Assembly: GCA_000934665.2 (NCBI GenBank)
Contig: KZ538050.1
Span: forward strand, 121,617 to 141,616
DNA: 20,000 bases
Source of the DNA: Catajapyx aquilonaris
Taxonomy: Eukaryota
Direction: 5' to 3'
The first letter of the stretch is position 1; each line of letters begins with the position of its first letter. A model generated the notes under the pieces. The model did not search any database and was not told the DNA's origin. It saw only the letters and a program-made list of their open reading frames with translations. The position numbers were made by a program, and so were the translations under genes. This document shows positions 1-10,357 of the stretch, piece by piece.

Positions 1-56
1 TTGTGATGCTGCTTCCTCTTATAAACATAATGTGATTTAGCCAGTGGCAGTGCCAT

Positions 57-594
57 TTGTGGAATAATTTTAATGTTTTCTTGCAAGAAAGCTGTGGAGT
101 ACAACCATCCGATGCAAGTATGCAAGGAACTTCTGACAATGTGTGTAATGAGGACTGCGGGACATCCGATTTGACTGCAGGAAATACTGCGGAATGGAAC
201 TTCAAAAAGTCAATGACTCAAGTTGAATCAAACGTGAGGCGGGAAACAGGCAATGTGGCAAAGACATACACTTGTGATGTTTGTGTAATGTCATACACAA
301 CGAAGCCATAATTATCTACAACAACATTACAAGGTGGTTCACCTCAGGCTGAAGCCTTACTCTTGTGACTTGTGCGGGATGAAATTTTTCATAAAGAGCA
401 GAATGGAGATCACAGAAGGTCCCACACTGGAGAGCATCCTTTCCAGTGCAGTATGTGCCAACAATCCTTTTCGTCATCATCGTGTTATGACTGGCCATAT
501 GCCGATTCATACCGGAAAGTTTCGTTGTGGTGTGTGCCTGAAGATCTTCCCTTTCAGATACAAACTGGTGATGCATATGAAGAAACACTCGTAA
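57..594 (+). pseudogene. C2H2 zinc-finger gene, 3' exon, frameshifted (about 4 fingers)
   Basis: Finger motifs alternate between frames: YTCDVC../HNYLQQHYKVVH-LRLKP-YSCDLCGMKF../DHRRSH-TGEHP-FQCSMCQQSF../HMPIH-TGK-FRCGVCLKIFPFRYKLVMHMKKH*. Three frameshifts in ~250 bp. AATAAA at 622-627. The 5' part lies outside the window. Confidence 0.8.
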
Positions 595-702
595 ACGGCC
601 ATAATGTTCAGATGGGAAAAAAATAAAAAGCAATCTTGGGAGAAATAACACCATGATTCATCAGGGACCCAACTTTATTAAGTAAAGGCCACATTAATAT
701 CC

Positions 703-1759
703 TTACATTCCCACCCTTGGTGGAGGTGACACAGGGCCGCCCATCCCAAACCCTCCTCCGATGCCTCCCAGTGTGGTCTCCCCCTCATCCCGACCTGGCT
801 GCTGGTCTGCCGGGTTTCCCTCCTCTGGTGGGCCCTGGTCTTCCTTGGGCTCAGTGATGCTGACGTGGTCCGGGAGATGGGTCTTGGGTCCGTGCTTCCC
901 TGTAGGGTCTGTAGGAAGCATGATACGCACCCTGATACCTAGGACCCCCTGGCGCAGCAGGACATGTCGGGTGGCGGAGTCCACGTAGTCCAAGACGGGC
1001 TCACCGGAGGAGATCATGAGTCCGTCATGGAATTTCATAGACTTGGCCCGCTGGCCCCTGAGCTTCCCGGACACGATGACCTCGCAGCCCCTGGCCCCGC
1101 TCTCCATCACGAAGCGGAGGACCCCGTAGCAGGCCCTCCTGACGGCCAGACCTCCGACCAGCTTGTATCGGAGGGACTCTGCCTGTGCGATGGCGCAGAG
1201 GCCCCTGACGGCCACCTTCTCTGCGTACAGCTCGATGGCCCCTTCCGGGAAGTGGAACCTCTTCTGCACCACCGCAGTCAGCTCCCGGATCCTCCTCCCC
1301 TTCTCTCCCAACACGCTCTGCGTCCTGGTGGCCATGATGATGACCTCTGTGCGGGTCGGGGTCACCCTCACCTCCACCCCAGAGTAGCCGTCCTCCGCCA
1401 GCTCACGGGTCAGGAACTCATTCAGCTCAGCCCTGAACACGCCGTCTTGTACGAACTGGAATGGCGATATTACAGGCTCAATGGGAATAAGGCTGGGCAT
1501 TGCAACAGCTAGGTTATGGTTGCCATGGACTGTAGGTGGGCATGACAACCAGTTGTCATGGAATGTTGTGCATGGCAACCTGTTGCAATGGTCAAACGAA
1601 CACACCATGCAGGATGATGCAAGAGGGGGGCACTACTCTTCAGCCAATGTGTCCCTCTCTCATCAGAGTATATCTGCCCGCATCCTTTCCCCTGAGCCCC
1701 ATCCTCACCTTCTTCTTTTTGGTGACTGGGTGGGAAGCCCTTCCTACCAGGGTGGACAT
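703..1759 (-). CDS. RPS3: 40S ribosomal protein uS3 (S3), 2 coding exons: 1759-1709 and 1455-703, 267 aa
   Basis: Exon 1 [17 protein letters not shown] ends at AAG|gtgagg. The 253-nt phase-0 intron ends ttccag|[73 protein letters not shown], the uS3 signature. Intron position matches vertebrate RPS3 intron 1 (after KKRK). AATAAA on - strand at 674-679. Confidence 0.97.
1495..1597. promoter_or_regulatory. Cluster of RFX X-box-like motifs in the RPS3 intron
   Basis: CATTGCAAC, GTTGCCATGGAC, CATGACAAC, GTTGTCATGGAAT, GTTGTGCATGGCAAC and GTTGCAATGG within ~100 bp, versus X-box consensus GTTGCCATGGCAAC. Confidence 0.5.
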
Positions 1760-1826
1760 GGTCACCTCGAGTCGAGGTGCGGGGCAGCGCGGGGGCAGCG
1801 GAGGACTAGACTAAGGACGCGGACAA

Positions 1827-1936
1827 CAAAAGACAGAATGCCGATGAGAAACGACCGTTGCAGGAAGCCGGATGTGCCCACTTGGCAACTGTGGTCAGGC
1901 CACGTCAGGCGTGACGTCAGGCCACGTGGCGGAAGA
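1827..1936. promoter_or_regulatory. RPS3 proximal promoter, possibly shared with the divergent ZF gene
   Basis: TCT/TOP-like TCTTTT on - strand (~1828-1833), ETS-type CAGGAAG/CCGGATGT/GCGGAAG, CRE TGACGTCA (1912-1919), E-box CCACGTGG (1922-1929) and CCACGTCA, all within ~110 bp of CpG-rich sequence. Confidence 0.65.
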
Positions 1937-2327
1937 AAATAACATGGTTTATGTAATTATTTACTAAATAAATGGTTCGATTAATCTGGCCATATCAAGC
2001 TCAAAAAGATTTGCGTACGAGTACTGGTGTACTGTAAACCCTCCTGTTGAGTTTTTTTTTTTTTTTGACATTATGACAAAAAGTCTGCAGGTCAAGCTGC
2101 AGGTACTTACACGTATTTAACTAACGCTTTTCCTGATTGAAGTAGATTATATTGCTCGTTATGTTATTGAATATAAAATTAATTAAAAACAGTAGTGAAA
2201 CAAAGTGCAATTCCGAAAATAAATTTTAAATCGCTTTTGTCATTTATCTTGCATTTATCGCAATTGTCAATGTGTGCGTCGTTACCAGATCAAGTGATTT
2301 TTTAAATTTATATTTCTGTCTTTGTTT

Positions 2328-2400
2328 ATAATAATAATAATTGTAATAATTTATCATTTATAATATAATAATTTATAATAATTTATAATAATTTTCATAA
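2328..2400. repeat. AT-rich low-complexity (ATA/ATAATTT) tract
   Basis: ataataataataa...atttataata repeats seen directly. Confidence 0.8.
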
Positions 2401-2544
2401 TTGTCTTTTCTATTATTCAAAAATGATTTTCCATTACTATCGGGGGGATGGGCTTGAGGCTAAAAACGAGGGAGTAGCATCTTCTCCTGCCATTCTGCCC
2501 TGGATTCTTTGGGGGGAAGTGCTTGGGGAAGTGAGAATAGAGCC

Positions 2545-5500
2545 ATGGCTTCTGTGGATGTGAAGCTGCTGATGGAGGTTGCGCTGAGCAACAAGCGTCT
2601 TCTGGAGGGCCTGACCGCACGGTGGGACAAGTGGGAGGAGGTCATGGTCAAGCTGAAAGAGTTGGTCGTGATCGGGGAAGAAGAGGAAAATGGGACTGGA
2701 CAGGGTGAGCGCACCGCTAATTGTAATATTGTGAGCTTGCAGTGTGTGAGTGTTCATTACCCTCTTTAGTTGCAGATGATAACCTCAGTCCTTCTGGTAT
2801 GCATACTGGTGATGTGGCAGGTGATGTCCAAATTGAATGTGGAAACGCAATGCTTGTGAGTGACATCAAGGTTGAGTCGGAAGAGGTGATGGTAGACATG
2901 GAAGGTGTCCAGGTTCCTCTCAGTTGGGTAAGACTGGTATGAAAGAAATAATGCAATATGAGATGCGAGTGCTGCTGAATCTGCAGGGAAAGGCAGCTGC
3001 AGCAAAATTGAAGGACTTTGGTTGGTTTGACATTGTGACATTTTTTTTCTTTCTATCTCTTATACAGGAATGCCAGAGTCGAGACTTGGAAGCGGAGACT
3101 GCCAGAAACATCAGTGACATTCATGCCCTCTTGAGTGTCCAGGACACATCCATTTGGGAAAATACAAGTATGATATTATGCACAATTATGCATTTATGAA
3201 TTATTGAAGGCTTGGTAAATTGTGGTAGTAACATATTAAAACCCAGCATGAGTCAGAACTTTTATCGGAGAATGTACTTGACTTTAGCCTTTTCCTTATT
3301 GTTGTTAATAACCACGTAATCATTCAGATTCATGTTATTAATCCTTCTACAGCATCAGCAGCAATAATATGATAATATGCAGCAATATTTTGTCAACAGA
3401 TGGAGACAATAAAGACCTCCTTCCCCCTAATTTGTCGTATTATGAAGACACTAAGTCTGACGAGGCCGATGGACTCGCGGCCCAACATGCAGCCGAAATT
3501 GATCCAGAATCAGAACATGGAATCAGGTTTAACACCCAGGTGTGTCTAATGTTACATGATTTGTATATGCCTATTGTTGCTCCTACTGATGTAAAGTTTA
3601 GTCAATACCAGTGGTACACATAGGTATATTGACTGCATTACTGTGCAAGACATAAAACATGGTCAAGCAGGGGTCTTCTGTAACACTAGGGCATGATTAT
3701 AATGATGAATTAGTGAAAATTGTAATGGGGAAAGCCAAATGAGCATGTGGTACTTCTTACACCATACATTTGTCACCCCTGTGAAATACATGGTGCACCA
3801 AAATTCCTTCAGCTACTTCCGCATTTTTTAAGTTATAAAAGTTTTGATGACAGCATAAAGTTATGCCTTTTTTTTCCAACTCCTCAAGTTTTTGTAGTAG
3901 GTGTTCAACTTTGTTCTCATTTCATAGAAATACCAGTCAGTATGTATTGTTGCAACACATTTCTGTCCTTGCTACTCCTTTCTGATCAGGAACACTCAAT
4001 CACTTCCTTTTTTTTCGCAACCCAGGCCACTGCTATTGAAATCTCCGGTAGTGACGGACAAGAGGCTGGTGACGGACAAGATGCTGGTGATGGACAAGAG
4101 GCTGGTGATGGACAAGAGGCTGGTGACGGACAAGGGGCTGGCGCAGTGCTGTCTGAAGCAAATAGCTCTGCCCATGTGCCACCCAACTGCTCAGAGGAAA
4201 GGATGAAGAGGAGGAAGGAAATTACTGTGAGTATTGTGATGGGGACATACATGTAATGTGTATGTAGTGGCTGCATTCTCATGCTGAATATTCCAGGTCT
4301 CTCATGCTGGAAGCTCAAGTGACAGGAAAGTAGCTGCAGGCGATGGAGCATTTGCTGATATGGGTAACCCAGCAAGCAGACCAAAAAGAAGGTTATCTAC
4401 GAGAAAAAAAGTTGAGGTGAATGTGTGTATGCCTAGAAGAGATTCAGTATCTTAAGTAGAGGGGCAGCTTTTGGTGTAATTTTGAAATGCCAAGTCATTT
4501 CCTTGATTTAATTTTCCTGCCACACTTCAACTTTTTAATTAGTTGATTTTTTTTTTTTCTTTTGTCTCTGCTGCCAATGGCTATTTTGGTGGTTTGGCCC
4601 CAAATTGGTGGGTAGGATGATCAACTGAGTTGTTATTGGCTTTATTGGGCACTAGCAGTGGAACCCGTTCTTCGCACGGCCTGTTTCTACGGTAATCAGC
4701 AACAAAACTCTGTTGCCACAGGCAAACAATTGTTTTTTGTTTTTTTTTGCCGTACCTACGTAGATTGTCAAATCAAAATATCTTATTTATTTATTTATTT
4801 ATAGCAGCAAACCCCTGTGTAGTGTGTCTGGTACATATGTTGAACTTGTGCTGGTGTCAGTCACCGTACACAGAAGTGATCGAAAGCAGAGGGATAATTG
4901 GACAGTGTTATGCAATAATGGGACAACCCACAAAAATGTCAAAATTGAGTTATGCCCAGGAACATACACCCAAAGGATAGTACAGGTACTTCATTCAGTT
5001 AAAATCAAGGTGGCGAAATCTGCATACTTCTGTCACAAATGACCGAAAAGGTAACTCACGAATGGTGTGCATGGACAGTGTTATGCAATGATTTATCAAC
5101 CCACAAAAATGGCCAGAATTGAGCCAAGCCCAGGAACATACACCTAAAGCAGAGGTTCTTAACCTTTTCGGACCGCCGCACCCCTTTGTAGACAATATAT
5201 TGGTCCTTGTCGCACCCCCTATACCAGGGGTGATTGATTGAGTTCATATAGTCCCCGGCGGGTTAACTTGGCAGTCCCCCCACCCAACACTCCCAGCCAA
5301 TGGCGTGCCTGGATTGGGATGGGGGGAAATGGAGGAGTCGAGGTGGAGCTGAGGTGGGGTGGGGTTGAGTGACATTCACCGGAACATCCGCAGGATCAGT
5401 CGCCGGATTCTTCGCCGGAAGCTAGGCCGGATGCTTGAAACCATGTGTACAAATTGTCATTAAAGGTTTGCTTTAAGATGTGTGACGCAACAATTCACGT

Positions 5501-7860
5501 CATCAATATTTCCAAGTTTAATTGTCATCACAGTAGGGCTTAAGAGGTCTGCGTGGCGGAGGGATGTGACGTAGCAGGCAGCGGGAGGTAGGGGGTAGAG
5601 GAGGTCGGGAGCGGCGGGGGGCAAGAGGGGGCGTTGCCAGAAACCCCCACCCTGCCACTTTAGGGGGCAGTCTACTATAGTTAGACCAGTTATTAGCTCT
5701 TGGTTAGGTTAAGTCCATAGGTGCACCTTACTCGCACCCCCAGGGAAGCCACCTCGCACCCCCTAGAGGTGCGGACACCCCAGGCTAAGAACCGCTGACC
5801 TAAAGGATCCTACTTAAAATCAGCATGCAGGTGAAATCTGCACACTTCTGCCATAAATCACCGAAAATAAAGACCACTGAATTAATTTCGCAGGAATGAC
5901 CTTCAAGGCCATTTTCCTCAAAACTGGTCTCATGTGGGTTGACGCATTATTGCATAACACCGTCCAATTATCAAATACAGTAGGTGCCTGTTTTACACCG
6001 CTCCACGTGCTTTTCTAGATTTTACCACTTTTGTGCCTGGACTTTTATTGCAATATTTTTAGGCATATGTCCAATTTTTCATGTGGTTTATTCTTTGCTC
6101 AAACTGCTATTTAAGAACTGGAAATACACCACATCTGTAACATTGAAGGAGTGAGTTGAATTGCAGTAGATATTTCATACCTTGATTTTGCGTATTCCAG
6201 GCTCCTGAATATAAGGACCCTGAGGACAGTGACCAATCCTATTCTGATCTAAGTGATTCAGGGGATGAGTATATTCCTGAACTTCTCTCAAGTGACAATG
6301 CCTGTGCTCTTTTCAATAGGAGGAGAAAGAAGGAAAACGTAAAGGTATGTTTTGCTGAAATAAATAGGATTTGTAGCATGCTGTAGTGTGTAGTGGAAGG
6401 ATGGGTTTTTGTTATTTAGGCTGTTTGTTGGTGACTTCCTCACTCCAATCTTCAACTTCATGGCAGCATGCCCTACCACCTCACATATTCCCACACCTGC
6501 ATAAAGTTCCTGAAGCTGCACATAACTTGCCTTAGAAGTATTTTTAATGGCTGCAGGAAATGCCATGATTTTGACAATCTTTGATCCTGGAGGTTTGCAA
6601 AAATCTGCAGTCCAAATTTTCCATTTTTTAATAAAACGAGTCGCAAGAAAGGTTTTAGGGGATTTTTTCATTCGAGGGTAGACTGTGACATTATTACAGG
6701 TGCCAATTGCTCACCAAAAGTAATGCTTAATCAGAATGATAATGATTTTGCAATGCCACGTACACCATTTCAAAATTGGGATAATGCATCGGTAGAGTAA
6801 GATTTTCGTTACATAAATATTGTATCCAGTTTTGATGAACAATAGTCACCTCAAAAAATCAGAAACAATTTACTATTACTAAGTCATTTTTATTTCTCTT
6901 GGAAAATAAAAATTAAATTCATACAACTTGCACCTCCATTTAGATTGAAATTTCAAATAACTAAATTATAAGTAGAAAAGTTGCAAAACTGGAAATGTAA
7001 ATTCTGAATTTTGCAAGCAAGGAATCTGTGGAATAATGCAGATTTTTTTTCTACCTGGCATTAGCACAAACAACGTGCACTAAAATTCTTGACAGAGGGA
7101 TGGTAAAAACAATGCTGGAGGAGATCATGTACATTTCAACCACTATAAGGGTATTGAAATTTGAAATGCAGTTTCTATCCTAAAGAGTAATCTTGATTTT
7201 TTAAAGGGCAAGGAAAAGCTGCAAGCATTTGAAGGCTGTTCTCAGAAGACCTTTTCCTACCACACCAAAGACAATGGGACTAAATGTGAAAAGGACACCA
7301 GAAAATACCAGGGGCAGAAAAGAAGCCAGAAGTACCAGTGCCAACTCTGTTCTTACCAGACTCAAAAGCAGTCAAACTTTACACGTCATCAACTGGTTCA
7401 CACTGGTGAAAAACGGTATGGTTGCAATGCTTGTGACAAGAAGTTTACCAGAGAGCAAAGTTTAACAAGACACCATGACTCTGTCCACATTGGTGTGAAG
7501 CATTATTCTTGTGATTGGTGCAGTAAGAAATTTTCTCGGAAACAAAACCTGGAGGATCACAAGAGAATCCACGCTGGTAAGAGGGCATTTCCATGCAATA
7601 TGTGCAAAAAGTCCTTTGCTACAAGCAGTTACAGGAGGAAGCACATGAAAACTCATGATGTTCAAAGAAAGTTGCGCTCATGCTACCATTGCAACAAAGC
7701 ATTCAAAGAGAAACGTGACTTGATTTCACACATGTGGAAACATACTGGTGAGAAGCCATATCGCTGCGACGTATGTCAGAAGAAGTTTACATGCAGAACT
7801 ACATTTCGTCGCCACAAGATGATAACCCACACAGGAGAACGACCAAACAGAAAGAAATGA
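2545..7860 (+). CDS. C2H2 zinc-finger transcription factor, 8 exons, ~558 aa, 6 C-terminal fingers
   Basis: Phase-compatible GT-AG exons 2545-2704, 2770-2927, 3068-3167, 3400-3539, 4026-4226, 4297-4416, 6201-6344 and 7207-7860 (1677 nt, no internal stop). gccATGG Kozak context. Acidic linker with IKVE motif. Fingers YQCQLC, YGCNAC, YSCDWC, FPCNMC, SCYHC, YRCDVC with TGEKP-type linkers. AATAAA at 8163-8168. Confidence 0.85.
4051..4140 (+). repeat. Coding 18-bp minisatellite x5 (GDGQEA)
   Basis: gtga(c/t)ggacaag(a/g)(g/t)gctg repeated 5 times, in frame within exon 5. Confidence 0.95.
4652..4680 (-). mobile_element. Helitron-like 3' terminus
   Basis: Minus strand reads CCGTGCGAAGAACGG (short hairpin), ~9 nt, then CTAG followed by T, the canonical Helitron 3' end. 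The 5' end was not found. Confidence 0.45.
4893..5972. mobile_element. Non-autonomous TIR element (MITE) in intron 6, superfamily unassigned
   Basis: GATAATTGGACAGTGTTATGCAATAATG..CAACCCACA at 4893 and its reverse complement ending at 5972. An internal direct repeat of the left end starts at ~5073. Confidence 0.75.
5150..5797. mobile_element. hAT (Charlie-like) MITE nested in the previous element
   Basis: TIRs CAGAGGTTCTTAACCT / AGGCTAAGAACCGCTG (14/16). Perfect 8-bp TSD ACCTAAAG at 5142-5149 and 5798-5805. Confidence 0.92.
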
Positions 7861-8754
7861 CTGCTCGGATGTGTAGCTACCAGTTGTTACACCAAGTCAA
7901 CTTTTGAGGCATGAGACTGTATTGGGAAGCCCTGTTTTGAGTTCTGTCACCAGCAGCTATTCTGGCCAATCCATGTACTACCTGCCAAAAATTTCTGGTG
8001 AAACAATATGTGTAAGCTGAGACACCATGAGAATTCCTTTATTTTTTATCATGATATGCATTGTGTGGATCCAGGATTGTGATTTTTGAAGAGTCCAGCA
8101 GCTGAATAGGAGCTGCCTGACTAATATGAGGTCAGAAAAATATTGTACCACACTTTGCTCACAATAAAATGGGTTTCTCAATGAAATTTTTTTTCCACCT
8201 AGTTCGGAAACTTGCCCAGTTACAGATATTTTGGGAAAGGGAGACTAGGGGCAAGTTTTACTGTTATTTCATTTATTTTATAATTACCCAGTTGCAAAAT
8301 TAGCCCTCCCGTAAATTAGGCAGGACCAAAGAAAATCCGTAATTAACTTTTGGTCATCTCCTTGTTGCCAAATATGACAGAAAATGATGCACTTCTGCAG
8401 AGAGAGCATGTTCACAAATTTTATATCGTCCTGTGTTACAGCTCTTGATTCAGGCTCTCATGAGTTGAATTTTAAAAATATATACACATAATAATTAATA
8501 AAATTTGTCCTTTCGAAGACCATTCCACAGAGAGGCAACCACAGACGCTGCGCCGCGCCGGATGACCCTCCACGCAAATGCTGAAAGTCATCAAATGCAA
8601 GTACTTATGGTAATTACCCAACAAATGCAGCTTACTATAGTTGGTCTGATATGCAACAATTTTATTATGGTATCATACAATTGCGCGGTCCCTCTGTACC
8701 CTTTCCCTCTAATATAGTTGCCATTACTATAGCAATGGACACCGCTCTGTAATA

Positions 8755-9044
8755 TTATTTGTGACTATCAGATGATGAACTGCCACTGCTGGATTCTCCA
8801 GCAGCATCAGGGATTGGGTTGGGCTCCGCATCATTCATACCAGACATCGGAGGCATGCCTGAAGGAGCAGCAATTATCAATCCACTGTGATATCATGCCT
8901 AAGCCTTGTCAGAAAAACAAGCCTGGTCGCACCCTAAAAATTCCAGTAACACCAAATACCTGGGAATTGTGGTGCTGCATATGCTGTTACCATCAGCATA
9001 GCTGCCAGCATCATGATGGTCAAAATGGTCAGGGCTGCAGACAT
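8755..9044 (-). CDS. Small secreted peptide precursor (2 exons; splice frame uncertain, possibly 1-nt frameshift)
   Basis: Exon 9044-8960 encodes MSAALTILTIMMLAAMLMVTAYA-APQFP and ends CCAG|gtattt. TAAATA (9130-9125) lies ~32 nt upstream of Inr-like TCACTC. Branch-point-like CTGAC and cag acceptor at 8885. Downstream open frame GLIIAAPSGMPPMSGMNDAEPNPIPDAAGESSSGSSSSDSHK*. Confidence 0.55.
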
Positions 9045-9664
9045 TGTGGGATCGGCTGGATATACAAGCTGCTTCTGTCTGACAATTGCGGCAGGAGTGA
9101 GTATCATGGGGTACTAGTGCTGGCTATTTATTTGGGCGTACAAACTCCTCCTTGGAACACTCCGATTATTGGACCAGGATCGCATGCATCACCGTACTGT
9201 ACGATCAGGTGTGCTCCTTCACATTAATCATCTTGTGCTTAATTTTAGTTGTCAACACTGTCACATAATTCTGCAACTGTACTGTTTTATTAGCCTTACA
9301 GCGGCGGGTTACAGGTGAAACATACTGCACAGCGTTGCTTGTCAGCTGTGATTTAAACTTCGGTGAATGACCACTGCACTAATTATTTTTAATTACGCTG
9401 GAAAATGTATGGTAAGTTTAGAGTCGGCTCACAGTGTACAGTGATAGGTTTCTCATGAATTAGCTGCAGAAATATGCATTTCTGATATTAATTCATATTT
9501 TACTGCAAGTTGCATAAAATTTGATGCTAGGACTTGAGCTGTGCAATTAGCACAGTACGTAATGTTAATTAAGAGTTAAAATCTAGCATGCTAATAGTGT
9601 GCTTAAACCTTTCCTGACAAAAATCCAAGCAGAATTTAAATGGTGCACAATGTCAAGGTGACCA

Positions 9665-9720
9665 AATAATAATACTAATAATACTAATACTAATACTAAT
9701 AATACTAATACTACTAATAA
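9665..9720. repeat. (AATACT/AAT)n microsatellite
   Basis: Seen directly. Confidence 0.9.
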
Positions 9721-9879
9721 GAGCAAAAACATTCTCTTCAGTGAAAAATAGGATAGTAAGACCTCCGTGGCGGAATGAAAGTACTGAAACAAGGCAGGCG
9801 CACGTAAGACCTTCCCCCAATTGATTTACTCAAGCCATTACCAATTTAATGCTCATGAAATCTCTGTTCTGCAAACAAA

Positions 9880-9989
9880 GTGGAATTTTCGTCGCACTAC
9901 TAGTTACTTCTAACTTAGCAGTACCAGTGTAGTGCAATGGTAAGTTAGCAGTAACTTTAATAGTAATGGTAGTACGACGAAAATTCCAC
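9880..9989. repeat. 110-bp hairpin / tiny MITE
   Basis: GTGGAATTTTCGTCGCACTAC vs GTAGTACGACGAAAATTCCAC (20/21 complementary), plus inner TTACTTCTAACTTA / TAAGTTAGCAGTAA pairing. Confidence 0.8.
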
Positions 9990-10321
9990 CCATTAATTTT
10001 CCGTGAGCCACACCATATTAGTGTTTTATGAAATTAGGAACTTCAATATTAAGCACATTGAATTTCTATACGATTGGTGCGAATTATTTCCATGAAACAT
10101 TCATGCAGAAGCGTCACTCTTTTAGATGCTGATTTTAACTGGAATGTTTAATTTTTCACTTGTAAACGTAAATTGGTGAATTTTCGAGGGTCTTTTTCGT
10201 TTGGACTGAGACCCGCACTTTTTCCCACTGTATACCCACAGGCACAGGTCATTCTCTTTTGCATCTATCGACTATCTGTACACACGCTCTAGCACGGTCA
10301 TGTCACTATTCAATGCGCCGA

Positions 10322-10357
10322 CTCCCATCATGCTCTGCGGGTCTTCTGCTATAAAAG
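10322..10357 (+). promoter_or_regulatory. Staf/ZNF143-type site followed by TATA box
   Basis: CTCCCATCATGCTCTGCG fits YYCCCANNRTNCNYYGCR. TATAAAAG at 10350-10357. Confidence 0.4.

Noticed and set aside
1456..1608. N-terminal 51 aa of the 301-aa ORF as part of RPS3
   Set aside because: It is intron sequence. The real exon 1 (1759-1709) supplies the conserved KKKK/KKRK N-terminus.
1456..1708. U15/SNORD15-like C/D snoRNA in RPS3 intron 1 (as in vertebrates)
   Set aside because: A TGATGA and a CTGA occur only ~20 nt apart on the sense strand, with no distal D box or recognisable U15 guide. An Infernal/Rfam scan would settle it.
761..1942. Plus-strand ORFs overlapping RPS3
   Set aside because: Antisense shadows of a GC-rich CDS and promoter, with no recognisable motifs.
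8772..9227. 151-aa Cys/His-rich plus-strand ORF
   Set aside because: No domain pattern. It is antisense to the better-supported signal-peptide gene.
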